Shown: piece by piece, positions 36,292 through 47,506 of the stretch
How positions within the stretch are numbered: the first letter of the stretch is position 1
Layout of the letters: the number at the start of each line of letters is the position of its first letter
Assembly: GCA_032718475.1 (NCBI GenBank)
Contig: JAUCBJ010008984.1
Coordinates: 25,740 to 89,739 of the forward strand
Length of the DNA: 64,000 nucleotides
Source of the DNA: Nemertoderma westbladi
Lineage: Eukaryota; Animalia; Xenacoelomorpha
Direction of reading: 5' to 3'
The notes under the pieces: generated by a model
What the model was told of the DNA's origin: nothing
The model's database searches: none
What the model saw: only the letters and a program-made list of their open reading frames with translations
Position numbers and translations under genes: made by a program

Positions 36292-38995
36292 TTCAGTTTG
36301 CGTTACACTGTTAGTAAAAAACTGATCCATTTCAGTTTGCAGTTACACTGATAGTAAAAAAACGGATCCATTTCAGTTTGCGTTACACTGATAGTAAAAA
36401 AAATCTGATTCATTTCAGTTTGCGTTACACTGATAGTAAAAAAACGGATCCATTTCAGTTTGCGTTACACTGTTAGTAAAAAAAAGTGATCCATTTCAGT
36501 TTGCGTTACACTGATAGTAAAAAAACTGATCCATTTCAGTTTGCGTTACACTGATAGTAAAAAAAACTGATTCATTTCAGTTTGCGTTACACTGATAGTA
36601 AAAAAAACTGATTCATTTAGTTTGCGTTACACTGATAGTATTTCAGTTTGCGTTACACTGATAGTAAAAAAACTGATCCATTTCAGTTTTCGTTACACTG
36701 TTAGTAAAAAAAAACTGATCCATTTCAGTTTGCGTTACACTGATAGTAAAAAAAACTGATTCATTTCAGTTTGCGTTACACTGATAGTAAAAAAACGGAT
36801 CCATTTCAGTTTGAGTTACACTGATAGTAAAAAAAACTTATCCATTTCAGTTTGCGTTACACTGATAGTAAAAAAAACTGATTCATTTCAGTTTGCGTTA
36901 CACTGATAGTAAAAAAACGGATTCATTTCAGTTTGCGTTACACTGATAGTAAAAAAACTGATCCATTTCAGTTTGCGTTACACTGTTAGTAAAAAAACTG
37001 ATCCATTTCAGTTTGCGTTACACTGATAGTATTTCAGTTTGCGTTACACTGATAGTAAAAAAACGGATTCATTTCAGTTTGCGTTACACTGATAGTAAAA
37101 AAAACGGATCCATTTCAGTTTGCGTTACACTGATAGTAAAAAAACGGATTCATTTCAGTTTGCGTTACACTGATAGTAAAAAACGGATTCATTTCAGTTT
37201 GCGTTACACTGATAGTAAAAAAACTGATCCATTTCAATTTGCGTTACACTGTTAGTAAAAAAACTGATCCATTTCAGTTTGCGTTACACTGATAGTATTT
37301 CAGTTTGCGTTACACTGATAGTATTTCAGTTTGCGTTACACTGATAGTAAAAAAACGGATTCATTTCAGTTTGCGTTACACTGATAGTAAAAAAAACGGA
37401 TCCATTTCAGTTTGCGTTACACTGATAGTAAAAAAACGGATTCATTTCAGTTTGCGTTACACTGATAGTAAAAAAACTGATCCATTTCAGTTTGCGTTAC
37501 ACTGATAGTAAAAAAACTGATCCATTTCAGTTTGCGTTACACTGATAGTAAAAAAACTGATCCATTTCAGTTTGCGTTACACTGATAGTATTTCAGTTTG
37601 CGTTACACTGATAGTATTTCAGTTTGCGTTACACTGATAGTAAGAAAACTGATCCATTTCAGTTTGCGTTACACTGATAGTAAAAAAACGGATTCATTTC
37701 AGTTTGCGTTACACTGATAGTAAGAAAACTGATCCATTTCAGTTTGCGTTACACTGATAGTAAAAAAACTGATCCATTTCAGTTTTCGTTACACTGATAG
37801 TAAAAAAACGGATCCATTTCAGTTTGCATTACACTGATAGTAAAAAAACGGATCCATTTCAGTTTGCGTTACACTGATAGTAAGAAAACTGATCCATTTC
37901 AGTTTGCGTTACACTGATAGTAAAAAAACTGATCCATTTCAGTTTTCGTTACACTGATAGTAAAAAAACGGATCCATTTCAGTTTGCGTTACACTGATAG
38001 TAAAAAAACGGATCCATTTCAGTTTGCGTTACACTGATAGTAAAAAAACTGATCCATTTCAGTTTGTGTTACACTGATAGTAAAAAAACTGATCCATTTC
38101 AGTTTGCGTTACACTGATAGTAAAAAAACTGATCCATTTCAGTTTGCGTTACCCTAATAGTAAAAAACGGATCCATTTCAGTTTGCGTTACACTGATAGT
38201 AAAAAAACTGATCCATCTCAGTTTGCGTTAAACTGATAGTAAAAAAAACTGATCCATTTCAGTTTGCGTTACACTGATAGTAAAAAAACTGATCCATTTC
38301 AGTTTTCGTTACACTGATAGTAAAAAAACGGATCCATTTCAGTTTGCGTTACACTGATAGTAAAAAAACGGATCCATTTCAGTTTGCGTTACACTGATAG
38401 TAAGAAAACTGATCCATTTCAGTTTGCGTTACACTGATAGTAAAAAAACTGATCCATTTCAGTTTTCGTTACACTGATAGTAAAAAAACGGATCCATTTC
38501 AGTTTGCGTTACACTGATAGTAAAAAAACGGATCCACTTCAGTTTGCGTTAAACTGATAGTAAGAAAACTAATCCATTTCAGTTTGCGTTACACTGATAG
38601 TAAAAAAAACTGATCCATTTCAGTTTGCGTTACACTGATAGTAAAAAAACGGATCCATTTCAGTTTTCGTTACATTGTTGTAAAAAACTGATCCATTTCA
38701 GTTTGCGTTACACTGATAGTAAAAAAATCTGATCCATTTCAGTTTGCGTTATCGTGATAGTAAGAAAACTGATCCATTTCAGTTTGCGTTACACTGATAG
38801 TAAAAAAACGGATCCATTTCAGTTTTCGTTACATTGTTGTAAAAAAGTGATCCATTTCAGTTTGCGTTACACTGATAGTAAAAAAAACTGATCCATTTCA
38901 GTTTTCGTTACACTGATAGTAAAAAACTGATCCATTTCTGTTTGCGATACTCTGATAGTAAAAAAACTGATCCATTTCAGTTTGCGTTACACTGA
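36292..38995. repeat. Satellite D, about 40-bp unit, left arm
   Basis: Unit tgatccatttcagtttgcgttacactgatagtaaaaaaac with a variable A run and occasional shorter deletion units. Confidence 0.97.
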
Positions 38996-39266
38996 TATGG
39001 CGTAATGGCCGATAGTAGGGCCTATTACAGGGGAATCAGGGGGACCTACGGGAATAAGAGAGTCTGTTAGTCTGTTAGTCTGTTGTGAGTTGGTGGTTGT
39101 TTTTACCTGGTGCAGACAGTTAGGCAGACCGAAGTACCGGTACTGGCCTATTAATATACATACAGACAGAGATATATTTTGCACTTGGTTTTTACCGTTA
39201 TATTATCGCCGAAAGCTAACCGGGCCTATCTGTTTGATATTTGACATTTGATAATAGTATACTACC

Positions 39267-40130
39267 ATGGCTCCGAAATTATCGGACTATGTGCGAAACT
39301 ATGACGGGACGGGGGACCCCTGCGCTTGGCTCACAACATTTGAAGATACATTTGACATCCTTAAGGTAGAGGCGAAACTCAATGAAGGAAGCCGAGCAAC
39401 GTACCTTCGACTGTCGTTGAAGGGGGCCGCTCAGGACGTTGTTGCGCAGTTATCGGACGCGGAGAAAGGAGATTACGAGGCGATAAAAAGCAAACTTATC
39501 GCTGCATTTGCTGATACCCCATATGCGGCTTTCGATAAGTTCAAATCAAGAATTTTGGGCGATGAACCCGCCGATTCCTTCCTGGCAGATCTGCGCCGAT
39601 TGCTGTCGCTAGTAACTATAGATTCCGGAAGTCAGTGTGCGAGGGATTTGCTGGCAGTGCAGTTCGCAAACGGATTGCCGGATTGCATACGAATGGAAGT
39701 GAAGGCCATGGCGGGTAAGGTTAGAGTAGAGGAGTTACTGGAACAGGCGCGAAGAATGCTGGTTGAAAGAAGTTCAGGTGAGAAACGGTACGGAGCAGCC
39801 GGGGTGCCCAGCCGACGCGAATCTGGAGGAAGGGCGGGACAACAGTTGGTCGAGTGCTACCGGTGCAGGAAGACGGGGCACTTCGCACGGGACTGTATGA
39901 GTCAGAGTTCAAGGGGCGGAGGAGGATCGAGAACCGGGTCGGAAGGAGGATCGAGAACCGGGTCGGAAGGTAGCAGTATGACGTGTTACAAGTGCGGCCA
40001 GATTGGCCATATTGCTCGAGGTTGCAGAGGTGGAAGAATAGAAGGCGGAGCTGTGGGGTTTTCTGACCAGTCGGAAAACTACCAGGGGGAGACATTGTCG
40101 CAGCCCACGGGCGTCTCCCCACGAAATTGA
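39267..40130 (+). CDS. gag: Gypsy-like Gag with two CCHC knuckles
   Basis: YDGTGDPCAWL capsid-like start; CYRCRKTGHFARDC and CYKCGQIGHIARGC. Confidence 0.93.
   Translation: MAPKLSDYVRNYDGTGDPCAWLTTFEDTFDILKVEAKLNEGSRATYLRLSLKGAAQDVVAQLSDAEKGDYEAIKSKLIAAFADTPYAAFDKFKSRILGDEPADSFLADLRRLLSLVTIDSGSQCARDLLAVQFANGLPDCIRMEVKAMAGKVRVEELLEQARRMLVERSSGEKRYGAAGVPSRRESGGRAGQQLVECYRCRKTGHFARDCMSQSSRGGGGSRTGSEGGSRTGSEGSSMTCYKCGQIGHIARGCRGGRIEGGAVGFSDQSENYQGETLSQPTGVSPRN
40073..40120 (+). promoter_or_regulatory. -1 programmed ribosomal frameshift signal
   Basis: G_GAA_AAC heptamer in the gag frame, 6-nt spacer, then stem ggggagac / gtctcccc; pol is in the -1 frame and open from 40067. Confidence 0.8.
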
Positions 40131-43100
40131 TACCTAGTGTTAGTATATACGTTAAGGGCAAACAGGGAAGTATCGGTGCCGAGATTATAGTGGACACAGG
40201 ATGTAGTCGAAGCTTAGTGGCAATCGATTGGTGCGTAAGGAACAAAATTTGCGTAAACCGGAGTGGACAGCAAACTATGATTACTATGTTGGATGGAAAA
40301 ACGCAAAGCCGGGTTGTGGGGACGGTGCATTTAGCACTGATCGAGATTGCCGGGAGGAAACACGATATTGAGTGGTCGTTCTTAGTCGTCGAAAATCTTC
40401 TAGGGGAATCTGGAAACTTGATTATGGGCCATGACTTAATAAAACGAGTTGGGGCTCCAACATTAGCCCAGGCGGTATTTGGCACTAGGGGTAGAGCAGA
40501 GAAAATAAACACACCGACTTCTGAGGAGTTCAGCGCTCGGGTACGAGTCACGGGAGCGAAGCCAGGCAGTGGAAAAATAGTCATAGAAGAATCAGACTTC
40601 CGAGCAGAATATGATGGTGATCACTGGGTCGCGAATTGGAAATGGAAGAACGGGCAAAGCCCCAAACTTAATAACAATGTTTCCCAGTATAAAATTAAGG
40701 AGGAACATCAGGAAATGTTCGACACAGCAATGGAAGATTGGAAAAAGAAGAGATGGATTGTACCTTACGATGTAAGAGTTCACGGTAAAGTACAGGGAAC
40801 TATTCCATTAATGGGAAAGTTTGAACCCAAAAAGAATAGAGTGAGGCCGATATTAGACTATAGAGAACTCAACACGCATATTGAAATCTCCCCTGGGCTG
40901 GAAGCCACAGTCTGTGGCGATAAACTTCGTAAATGGAGGCGAATGGGTCATAACACCGCGGTTATCGACTTGAAATGGGCCTACATGCAGGTTGGGATTG
41001 TAGAATCACTCCAGTCATATCAAACAGTCATCTATAAAGGGATTAGATATGTAGTAACGAAAATGGGCTTTGGGTTGGGAGTCGCGCCAAAGATTATGGA
41101 TAAGATTGTAGAGCACTCTCTGGCCCAAGATGATAGGATAAAGGATTCATGTGATAATTTCAGAGACGATATTTATGTTGATACTGACAACGTGACGACG
41201 GAATCAGTCCGGGAACACATGCTAAAATATGGTTTACTGACGAAGGATGCAGAACCAGTCGTGGCTGGCAGCCGTGTTCTGGGTATTCGGATGGATAAAG
41301 GGGATTGGAACAAGTTGCACTGGACCAGAGACACTCCAATCACAGACGACATACCAAATGTGTTAACGCGACGACAGCTACACGCGATTTGTGGAAAACT
41401 CAGGGGGCACTACCCGGTCGCCGGTTGGTTGCGTCCCGCGTGCGCCTGGCTGCAGCGATGCAGCTCTGGAATAGGGTGGGACATTCCAGTGAGCGATGGA
41501 GTGAAAGCGCGCCTGCAAGAGACTTTAACACGAATCCAAACGGACGACCCAGCGGCAGGGGAGTGGCTGGTTCCTAAAACCGACAAGGGCGAAGTGTGGA
41601 CAGATTCAAGTTCGATCGCTAAAGGAGTCGTTCTGAAAGTGGGCGGTGTTATAGCAGAAGATATGGCGTGTCTCCGCAAACTAAAAGATACAAGCCATAT
41701 CAACGTGGCGGAATTGGATGCCGCAGTGGAAGGAGTGAACCTCGCAATTGACTGGGGGTTGAAAGAGTTCGATTTGGTCGTAGACTCGGCGACTGCATTT
41801 AGTTGGATCCATGCTGTAATCAACGACTCCCATCGGATTAAAACAAAGGGCCAGTCTCGAAAACTGATAGCCAGGAGACTCGATATATTGGCCAATACCA
41901 TAGAACAATACAACCTAAAAGTAACTCCGCGGTTAGTTGCCACAGAAAAGAACATCGCTGACCCACTGACCCGGATACCGAAGCCTTGGTTGAAGTTAAT
42001 ACAGAAGGATGGTATCCATGAAGATGCAGAGAAACCCGTTGCGGCCGTGGGGATGGAAGAAGAACTTCTGCGGAGTAGAGTGAAGAAACTACATTCAATC
42101 GCACATCAAGGAGTCGAGAGGACAATGGAGTTGTGCAAAAATGATCGAATTATAAAAGAACCTGTGCCCAGGCATATTATCTGTGAGGTGTGCATTGAAT
42201 GCACACTATGCAACAGCATAGATCCGAACCCAATACAATGGAAACCTGGGACGACAAAAGTAACTGAGGCATGGCGTAGAATTTCAACGGACTTCACTGA
42301 ATATGGAAACCGTCATTATCTAAGTATAATAGACTGCGCAACTAATTATACAATGTTCCGAAGAGTTCCGAACATGCAAGCCTACTCAGTGGTTAGAGAA
42401 ATGCAACAAGTATTCACTGAATTTGGTCCACCGGATGAAGTATTATCGGATCAAGGTCCAGCTTTTAGAAGCGAGACGTTTAAAGATTTACTCAACTTAT
42501 GGGAGATTGACCACATTCCAGTTTGCGCTTACCGCCCAACTGGCAATCTAGTTGAAAGGGTCCACCGCACTGTAAAAAAGTGGGCTGCGCGCACCGGGAA
42601 GACACCTGAAATAGCCGCTTTCTGGTATAACCAGACATGTCGCAGGGGGGCGCAGAAGAGTCCAGCAGTCCAGTTGTTTGAAGGGTTAGCAAAACGGACG
42701 CGCAAATGGCCAGGGGTGACACCACTGAAAGTGAGAGAGGAAAGCGAGGAACATATACCAACAAATATCCATGTCGGAGACATGGTATTTGTCAAGCCAG
42801 CCCAACACGTTCGCTGCACTACTAAATGGAACGGTCCAGTGCGTGTAGATTCCATGGACAAACATGCCGTGTACATTAATAACATCAGAAGACATTTGAA
42901 GGACGTACGAAAGGTGCCATATAGTCAACCACTATGCAACACTGAAGACAAGGATGAACCTCCAGATACAACTGACGATGATGACAGTGATGCAATCGAT
43001 GACGATTTGGACGATGATGATGAAAGTGAAGTAACTGTCGACTACAGAAACGACGACGCTGATGAACAGAACAATGATGAGGGGACTAGCGAGACAGGGC

Positions 43101-43165
43101 CCACAACGCTAACTCGGTCAGGTCGACAAAGCAGGCCACCACACCGATACGGATTTGACACTTAA
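40079..43165 (+). CDS. pol: Gypsy-like Pol (PR-RT-RH-IN), expressed by frameshift
   Basis: IVDTGCS protease; RPILDYRELN, IDLKWAY, MGFGL and FRDD RT; WTDSS, AELDA, VDSA and NIADPLTR RNase H; H..AHQG...C..C, STDF, SDQG and VERVHRT integrase. Confidence 0.93.
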   Translation, partial: LPGGDIVAAHGRLPTKLIPSVSIYVKGKQGSIGAEIIVDTGCSRSLVAIDWCVRNKICVNRSGQQTMITMLDGKTQSRVVGTVHLALIEIAGRKHDIEWSFLVVENLLGESGNLIMGHDLIKRVGAPTLAQAVFGTRGRAEKINTPTSEEFSARVRVTGAKPGSGKIVIEESDFRAEYDGDHWVANWKWKNGQSPKLNNNVSQYKIKEEHQEMFDTAMEDWKKKRWIVPYDVRVHGKVQGTIPLMGKFEPKKNRVRPILDYRELNTHIEISPGLEATVCGDKLRKWRRMGHNTAVIDLKWAYMQVGIVESLQSYQTVIYKGIRYVVTKMGFGLGVAPKIMDKIVEHSLAQDDRIKDSCDNFRDDIYVDTDNVTTESVREHMLKYGLLTKDAEPVVAGSRVLGIRMDKGDWNKLHWTRDTPITDDIPNVLTRRQLHAICGKLRGHYPVAGWLRPACAWLQRCSSGIGWDIPVSDGVKARLQETLTRIQTDDPAAGEWLVPKTDKGEVWTDSSSIAKGVVLKVGGVIAEDMACLRKLKDTSHINVAELDAAVEGVNLAIDWGLKEFDLVVDSATAFSWIHAVINDSHRIKTKGQSRKLIARRLDILANTIEQYNLKVTPRLVATEKNIADPLTRIPKPWLKLIQKDGIHEDAEKPVAAVGMEEELLRSRVKKLHSIAHQGVERTMELCKNDRIIKEPVPRHIICEVCIECTLCNSIDPNPIQWKPGTTKVTEAWRRISTDFTEYGNRHYLSIIDCATNYTMFRRVPNMQAYSVVREMQQVFTEFGPPDEVLSDQGPAFRSETFKDLLNLWEIDHIPVCAYRPTGNLVERVHRTVKKWAARTGKTPEIAAFWYNQTCRRGAQKSPAVQLFEGLAKRTRKWPGVTPLKVREESEEHIPTNIHVGDMVFVKPAQHVRCTTKWNGPVRVDSMDKHAVYINNIRRHLKDVRKVPYSQPLCNTEDKDEPPDTTDDDDSDAIDDDLDDDDESEVTVDYRNDDADEQNNDEGTSETGPTTLTRSGRQSRPPHRYGFDT

Positions 43166-43474
43166 AACATTTTTAATTTGTTGTTAAACTATTCTTTGAT
43201 TGTTAATTTTTGTTCGGGTGACTGTCTAATTATGGTTTAGTTTCCAAGAAACTGGGGGAGATATGGCGTAATGGCCGATAGTAGGGCCTATTACAGGGGA
43301 ATCAGGGGGACCTACGGGAATAAGAGAGTCTGTTAGTCTGTTGTGAGTTGGTGGTTGTTTTTACCTGGTGCAGACAGTTAGGCAGACCGAAGTACCGGTA
43401 CTGGCCTATTAATATACATACAGACAGAGATATATTTTGCACTTGGTTTTTACCGTTATATTATCGCCGAAAAA

Positions 43475-45022
43475 GAGTAAAAAAAACTGATTCATTTCAG
43501 TTTGCGTTATCGTGACAGTAAAAAAACTGATCCATTTCAGTTTTCGTTACACTGATAGTAAAAAACTGATCCATTTCAGTTTGTGTTACACTGATAGTAA
43601 AAAACTGATCCATTTCAGTTTGCGTTACACTGATAGTAAAAAATCTGTTCCATTTCAGTTTGCGTTACACTGATAGTAAAAAATCTGATCCTTTTCAGTT
43701 TGTGTTACACTGATAGTATTTCAGTTTGCGTTACACTGATAGTAAAAAAACGGATCCATTTCAGTTTGCGTTACACCGATAGTAAGAAAACTGATCCATT
43801 TCAGTTTTCGTTACACTGATAGTAAGAAAACTGATCCATTTCAGTTTGCGTTAAACTGATAGTAAAAAAACTGATCCATTTCAGTTTGCATTACATTGTT
43901 GTAAAAAACTGATCCATTTCAGTTTGCGTTACACTGATAGTAAGAAAACTGATCCATTTCAGTTTGCGTTACACTGATAGTAAAAAAAACTGATCCATTT
44001 CAGTTTTCGTTGCACTGATACTAAAAAAACTGATCCATTTCAGTTTGCGTTACACTGATAGTAAAAAAACGGATCCATTTCAGTTTGCGTTACACTGATA
44101 GTAAAAAAAACTGATCCATTTCAGTTTTCGTTACACTGATAGTAAAAAAAACTGATCCATTTCAGTTTGCGTTACACTGATAGTAAAAAAAACGGATCCA
44201 TTTCAGTTTTCGTTACATTGTTGTAAAAAACGGATCCATTTCAGTTTGCGTTACACTGATAGTAAAAAAACTGATCCATTTCAGTTTGCGTTACACTGAT
44301 AGTAAAAAAACTGATCCATTTCAGTTTGTGTTACACTGATAGTAAAAAAACTGATCCATTTCAGTTTGCGTTACACTGATAGTAAAAAAACTGATCCATT
44401 TCAGTTTGCGTTACCCTAATAGTAAAAAACTGATCCATTTCAGTTTGCGTTACACTGATAATAAAAAAACGGATCCATTTCAGTTTGCGTTACACTGATA
44501 GTAAGAAAACTGATCCATTTCTGTTTGCGTTACACTGATAGTAAGAAAACTGATCCATTTCAGTTTGCGTTACACTGATAGTAAAAAAACGGATCCATTT
44601 CAGTTTGCGTTACACTGATAGTAAGAAAACTGATCCATTTCAGTTTGCGTTACACTGATAGTAAAAAAAACTGATCCATTTCAGTTTGCGTTACACTGAT
44701 AGTAAAAAATCTGATCTATTTCAGTTTGCGTTATCGTGATAGTAAGAAAACTGATCCATTTCAGTTTGCGTTACACTGATAGTAAAAAATCTGATCCATT
44801 TCAGTTTGCGTTATCGTGATAGTAAGAAAACTGATCCATTTCAGTTTGTGTTACACTGATAGTAAAAAAAACGGATCCATTTCAGTTTGCGTTACACTGA
44901 TAGTAAAAAAAAACGAATCCATTTCAGTTTGCGTTACACTGATAGTAAAAAAACGGATCCATTTCAGTTTGCGTTACACTGATAGTAAAAAAACGGATCC
45001 ATTTCAGTTTGCGTTATACTGA
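43475..45022. repeat. Satellite D, right arm
   Basis: Same 40-bp unit in the same orientation. Confidence 0.97.
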
Positions 45023-45247
45023 TTGAAAAAACTAGCTATCATACAAAAACCTATCTACTACTATTCTAGAATAATCACCAATACCAAAAAAACATATTAT
45101 ATTCCGGAATAAATCCCGGGGTGCTACTCTGTCCGCGTCCGGCGGGTTACTATCCTAATACTAGGACCATAGCACGAAAGCTACAGTACCATAGCTACAT
45201 GTAGCTATATAAATGGCGTTTGAGCTGTCAGATAGTCCATTAAAATT

Positions 45248-47396
45248 TTAGGAAATTAGTAAAAATGTACTAGTAAAGCAGATTGTAGGTTATAAGGCAG
45301 GTTTACAGTACAACTCCTTAGGAAATTAGTAAAAATGTAGTAAAAGCTGATTTAAAAGCAGATTGTAGGTTATAAGGCAAGTTTACAGCACAGTACAACT
45401 AACTCCTTAGGAAATTAGTAAAAATGTAGTAAAAGCAGATTGTAGGTTATAATGCAAGTTTACAGTACAGTACAAGGAAATTAATAAAAATGTAGTAAAA
45501 GCTGATTGTACAGTAGGTTATAAGGCAAGTTTACAGTACAGTGCAAAGTACAGTACAAGGAAATTAGTAAAAATGTAGCAAAAGCTGATTGTAGTTTATA
45601 ATGCAAGTTTACAGTACAGTACAAGGAAATTAATGAAAATGTAGTAAAAGCTGATTGTAGGTTATTAGGCAAGTTTACAGTACAGTACAAGGAAATTAGT
45701 AACAATGTAGCAAAAGCTGATTGTAGGTTATTAGGCAAGTTTACAGTACAGTACAAGGAAATTAGTAACAATGTAGTAAAAGCTGATTGTAGGTTATAAG
45801 GCAAGTTTACAGTACAGTGCAAAGTACAGTACAAGGAAATTAGTAAAAATGTAGCAAATGCTGATTGTAGTTTATAATGCAAGTTTACAGTACAGTACAA
45901 GGAAATTAATAAAAATGTAGTAAAAGCTGATTGTAGGTTATTAGGCAAGTTTACAGTACAGTACAAGGAAATTAGTAACAATGTAGTAAAATCTGATTGT
46001 AGGTTATAAGGCAAGTTTACAGTACAGTACAAGGAAATTAATAAAAATCTAGTAAAAGCTGATTGTAGGTTATAAGGCAAGTTTACAGTACAGTACAACT
46101 CCTTAGGAAATCAGCAACAATGTACAGTAGTAAAAGCAGATTGTAGGTTAGAAGGCAAGTTTACAGTTCAGTACAATTAACTCCTTAGGAAATTAGTAAA
46201 AATGTAGTAAAAGCAGATTGTAGGTTATAAGGCAAGTTTACAGTACAGTACAACTGACTCCTTAGGAAATTAGTAAAAATGTAGAAAACGCAGATTGTAG
46301 GTTATAAGGCAAGTTTACAGTTCAGTACAACTCCTTAGGAAATTAGTAAAAATGTAGTAAAAGCAGATTGTAGGTTATAAGGCAAGTTTACAGTTCAGTA
46401 CAATTAACTCCTTAGGAAATTAGTAAAAATGTAGTAAACGCAGATTGTAGGATATAAGGCAAGTTTACAGTACAGTACAACTAACTCCTTAGGAAATTAG
46501 TAAAAATGTAGTAAAAGCTGATTGTAGGTTATAAGGCAAGTTTACAGTACAGTACAAGGAAATTAATAAAAATCTAGTAAAAGCTGATTGTAGGTTATAA
46601 GGCAAGTTTACAGTACAGTACAACTCCTTAGGAAATCAGCAACAATGTAGTAAAAGCAGATTGTAGGTTAGAAGGCAAGTTTACAGTACAGTACAACTGA
46701 CTCCTTAGGAAATTAGTAAAAATGTAGTTAACGCAGATTGTAGGTTATAAGGCAAGTTTACAGTACAGTACAACTAACTCCTTAGGAAATTAGTAAAAAT
46801 GTAGTAAAAGCAGATTGTAGGTTATAAGGCAAGTTTACAGTTCAGTACAACTTACTCCTTAGGAAATTAGTAAAAATGTAGTAAAAGCAGATTGTAGGTT
46901 ATAAGGCAAGTTTACAGTTCAGTACAATTAACTCCTTAGGAAATTAGTAAAAATGTAGTAAAAGCAGATTGTAGGTTATAATGCAAGTTTACAGTTCAGT
47001 ACAACTCCTTAGGAAATTAGTAAAAATGTAGTAAAAGCAGATTGTAGGTTATAAGGCAAGTTTACAGTTCAGTACAATTAACTCCTTAGGAAATTAGTAA
47101 AAATGTAGTAAACGCAGATTGTAGGTTATAAGGCAAGTTTACAGTACAGTACAACTAACTCCTTAGGAAATTAGTAAAAATGTAGTAAAAGCAGATTGTA
47201 TGTTATAATGCAAGTTTACAGTTCAGTACAACTCCTTAGGAAATTAGTAAAAATGTAGTAAAAGCAGATTGTAGGTTATAAGGCAAGTTTACAGTTCAGT
47301 AAAACTAACTCCTTAGGAAATTAGTAAAAATGTAGTAAAAGCAGATTGTAGGTTATAAAGCAAGTTTACAGTACAGTACAACTCCTTAGGAAATTA
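45248..47396. repeat. Satellite E, 66/73/77-bp variant units
   Basis: aggaaattagtaaaaatgtagtaaaagcagattgtaggttataaggcaagtttacagtacagtaca with optional actaactcctt. Confidence 0.95.
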
Positions 47397-47506
47397 CGTC
47401 TTAAAACTTGGCTAACGATTTGGCATGCAAGGGCTATCCAAACACATCGTTTTACACTCAAGTACCGTTTTCCGCAGAATTACTGTTTTTGACACAAGTA
47501 GCGCTT

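Larger units (their letters stand above)
38996..43471 (+). mobile_element. Intact, divergent Ty3/Gypsy-like LTR retrotransposon inserted in satellite D
   Basis: LTRs at about 38996-39213 and 43262-43471 differ, as far as I can see, only by one 8-bp agtctgtt unit; PPT gggggaga; open gag and pol; ends uncertain by 1-2 nt. Confidence 0.93.

Noticed and set aside
39721-42928. Antisense ORFs in the Gypsy element (also within RPL5 and NPRL2)
   Set aside because: Shadow ORFs of GC-richer coding sequence with no recognisable motifs
36292-45022. CRISPR-like appearance (about 40-bp repeats with a small tcagt/actga hairpin next to an RT/integrase)
   Set aside because: No unique spacers, no cas genes, eukaryotic context
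45105-45165. Helitron-like 3' hairpin plus CTAG
   Set aside because: Weak hairpin, not followed by T, and no matching 5' end or second copy
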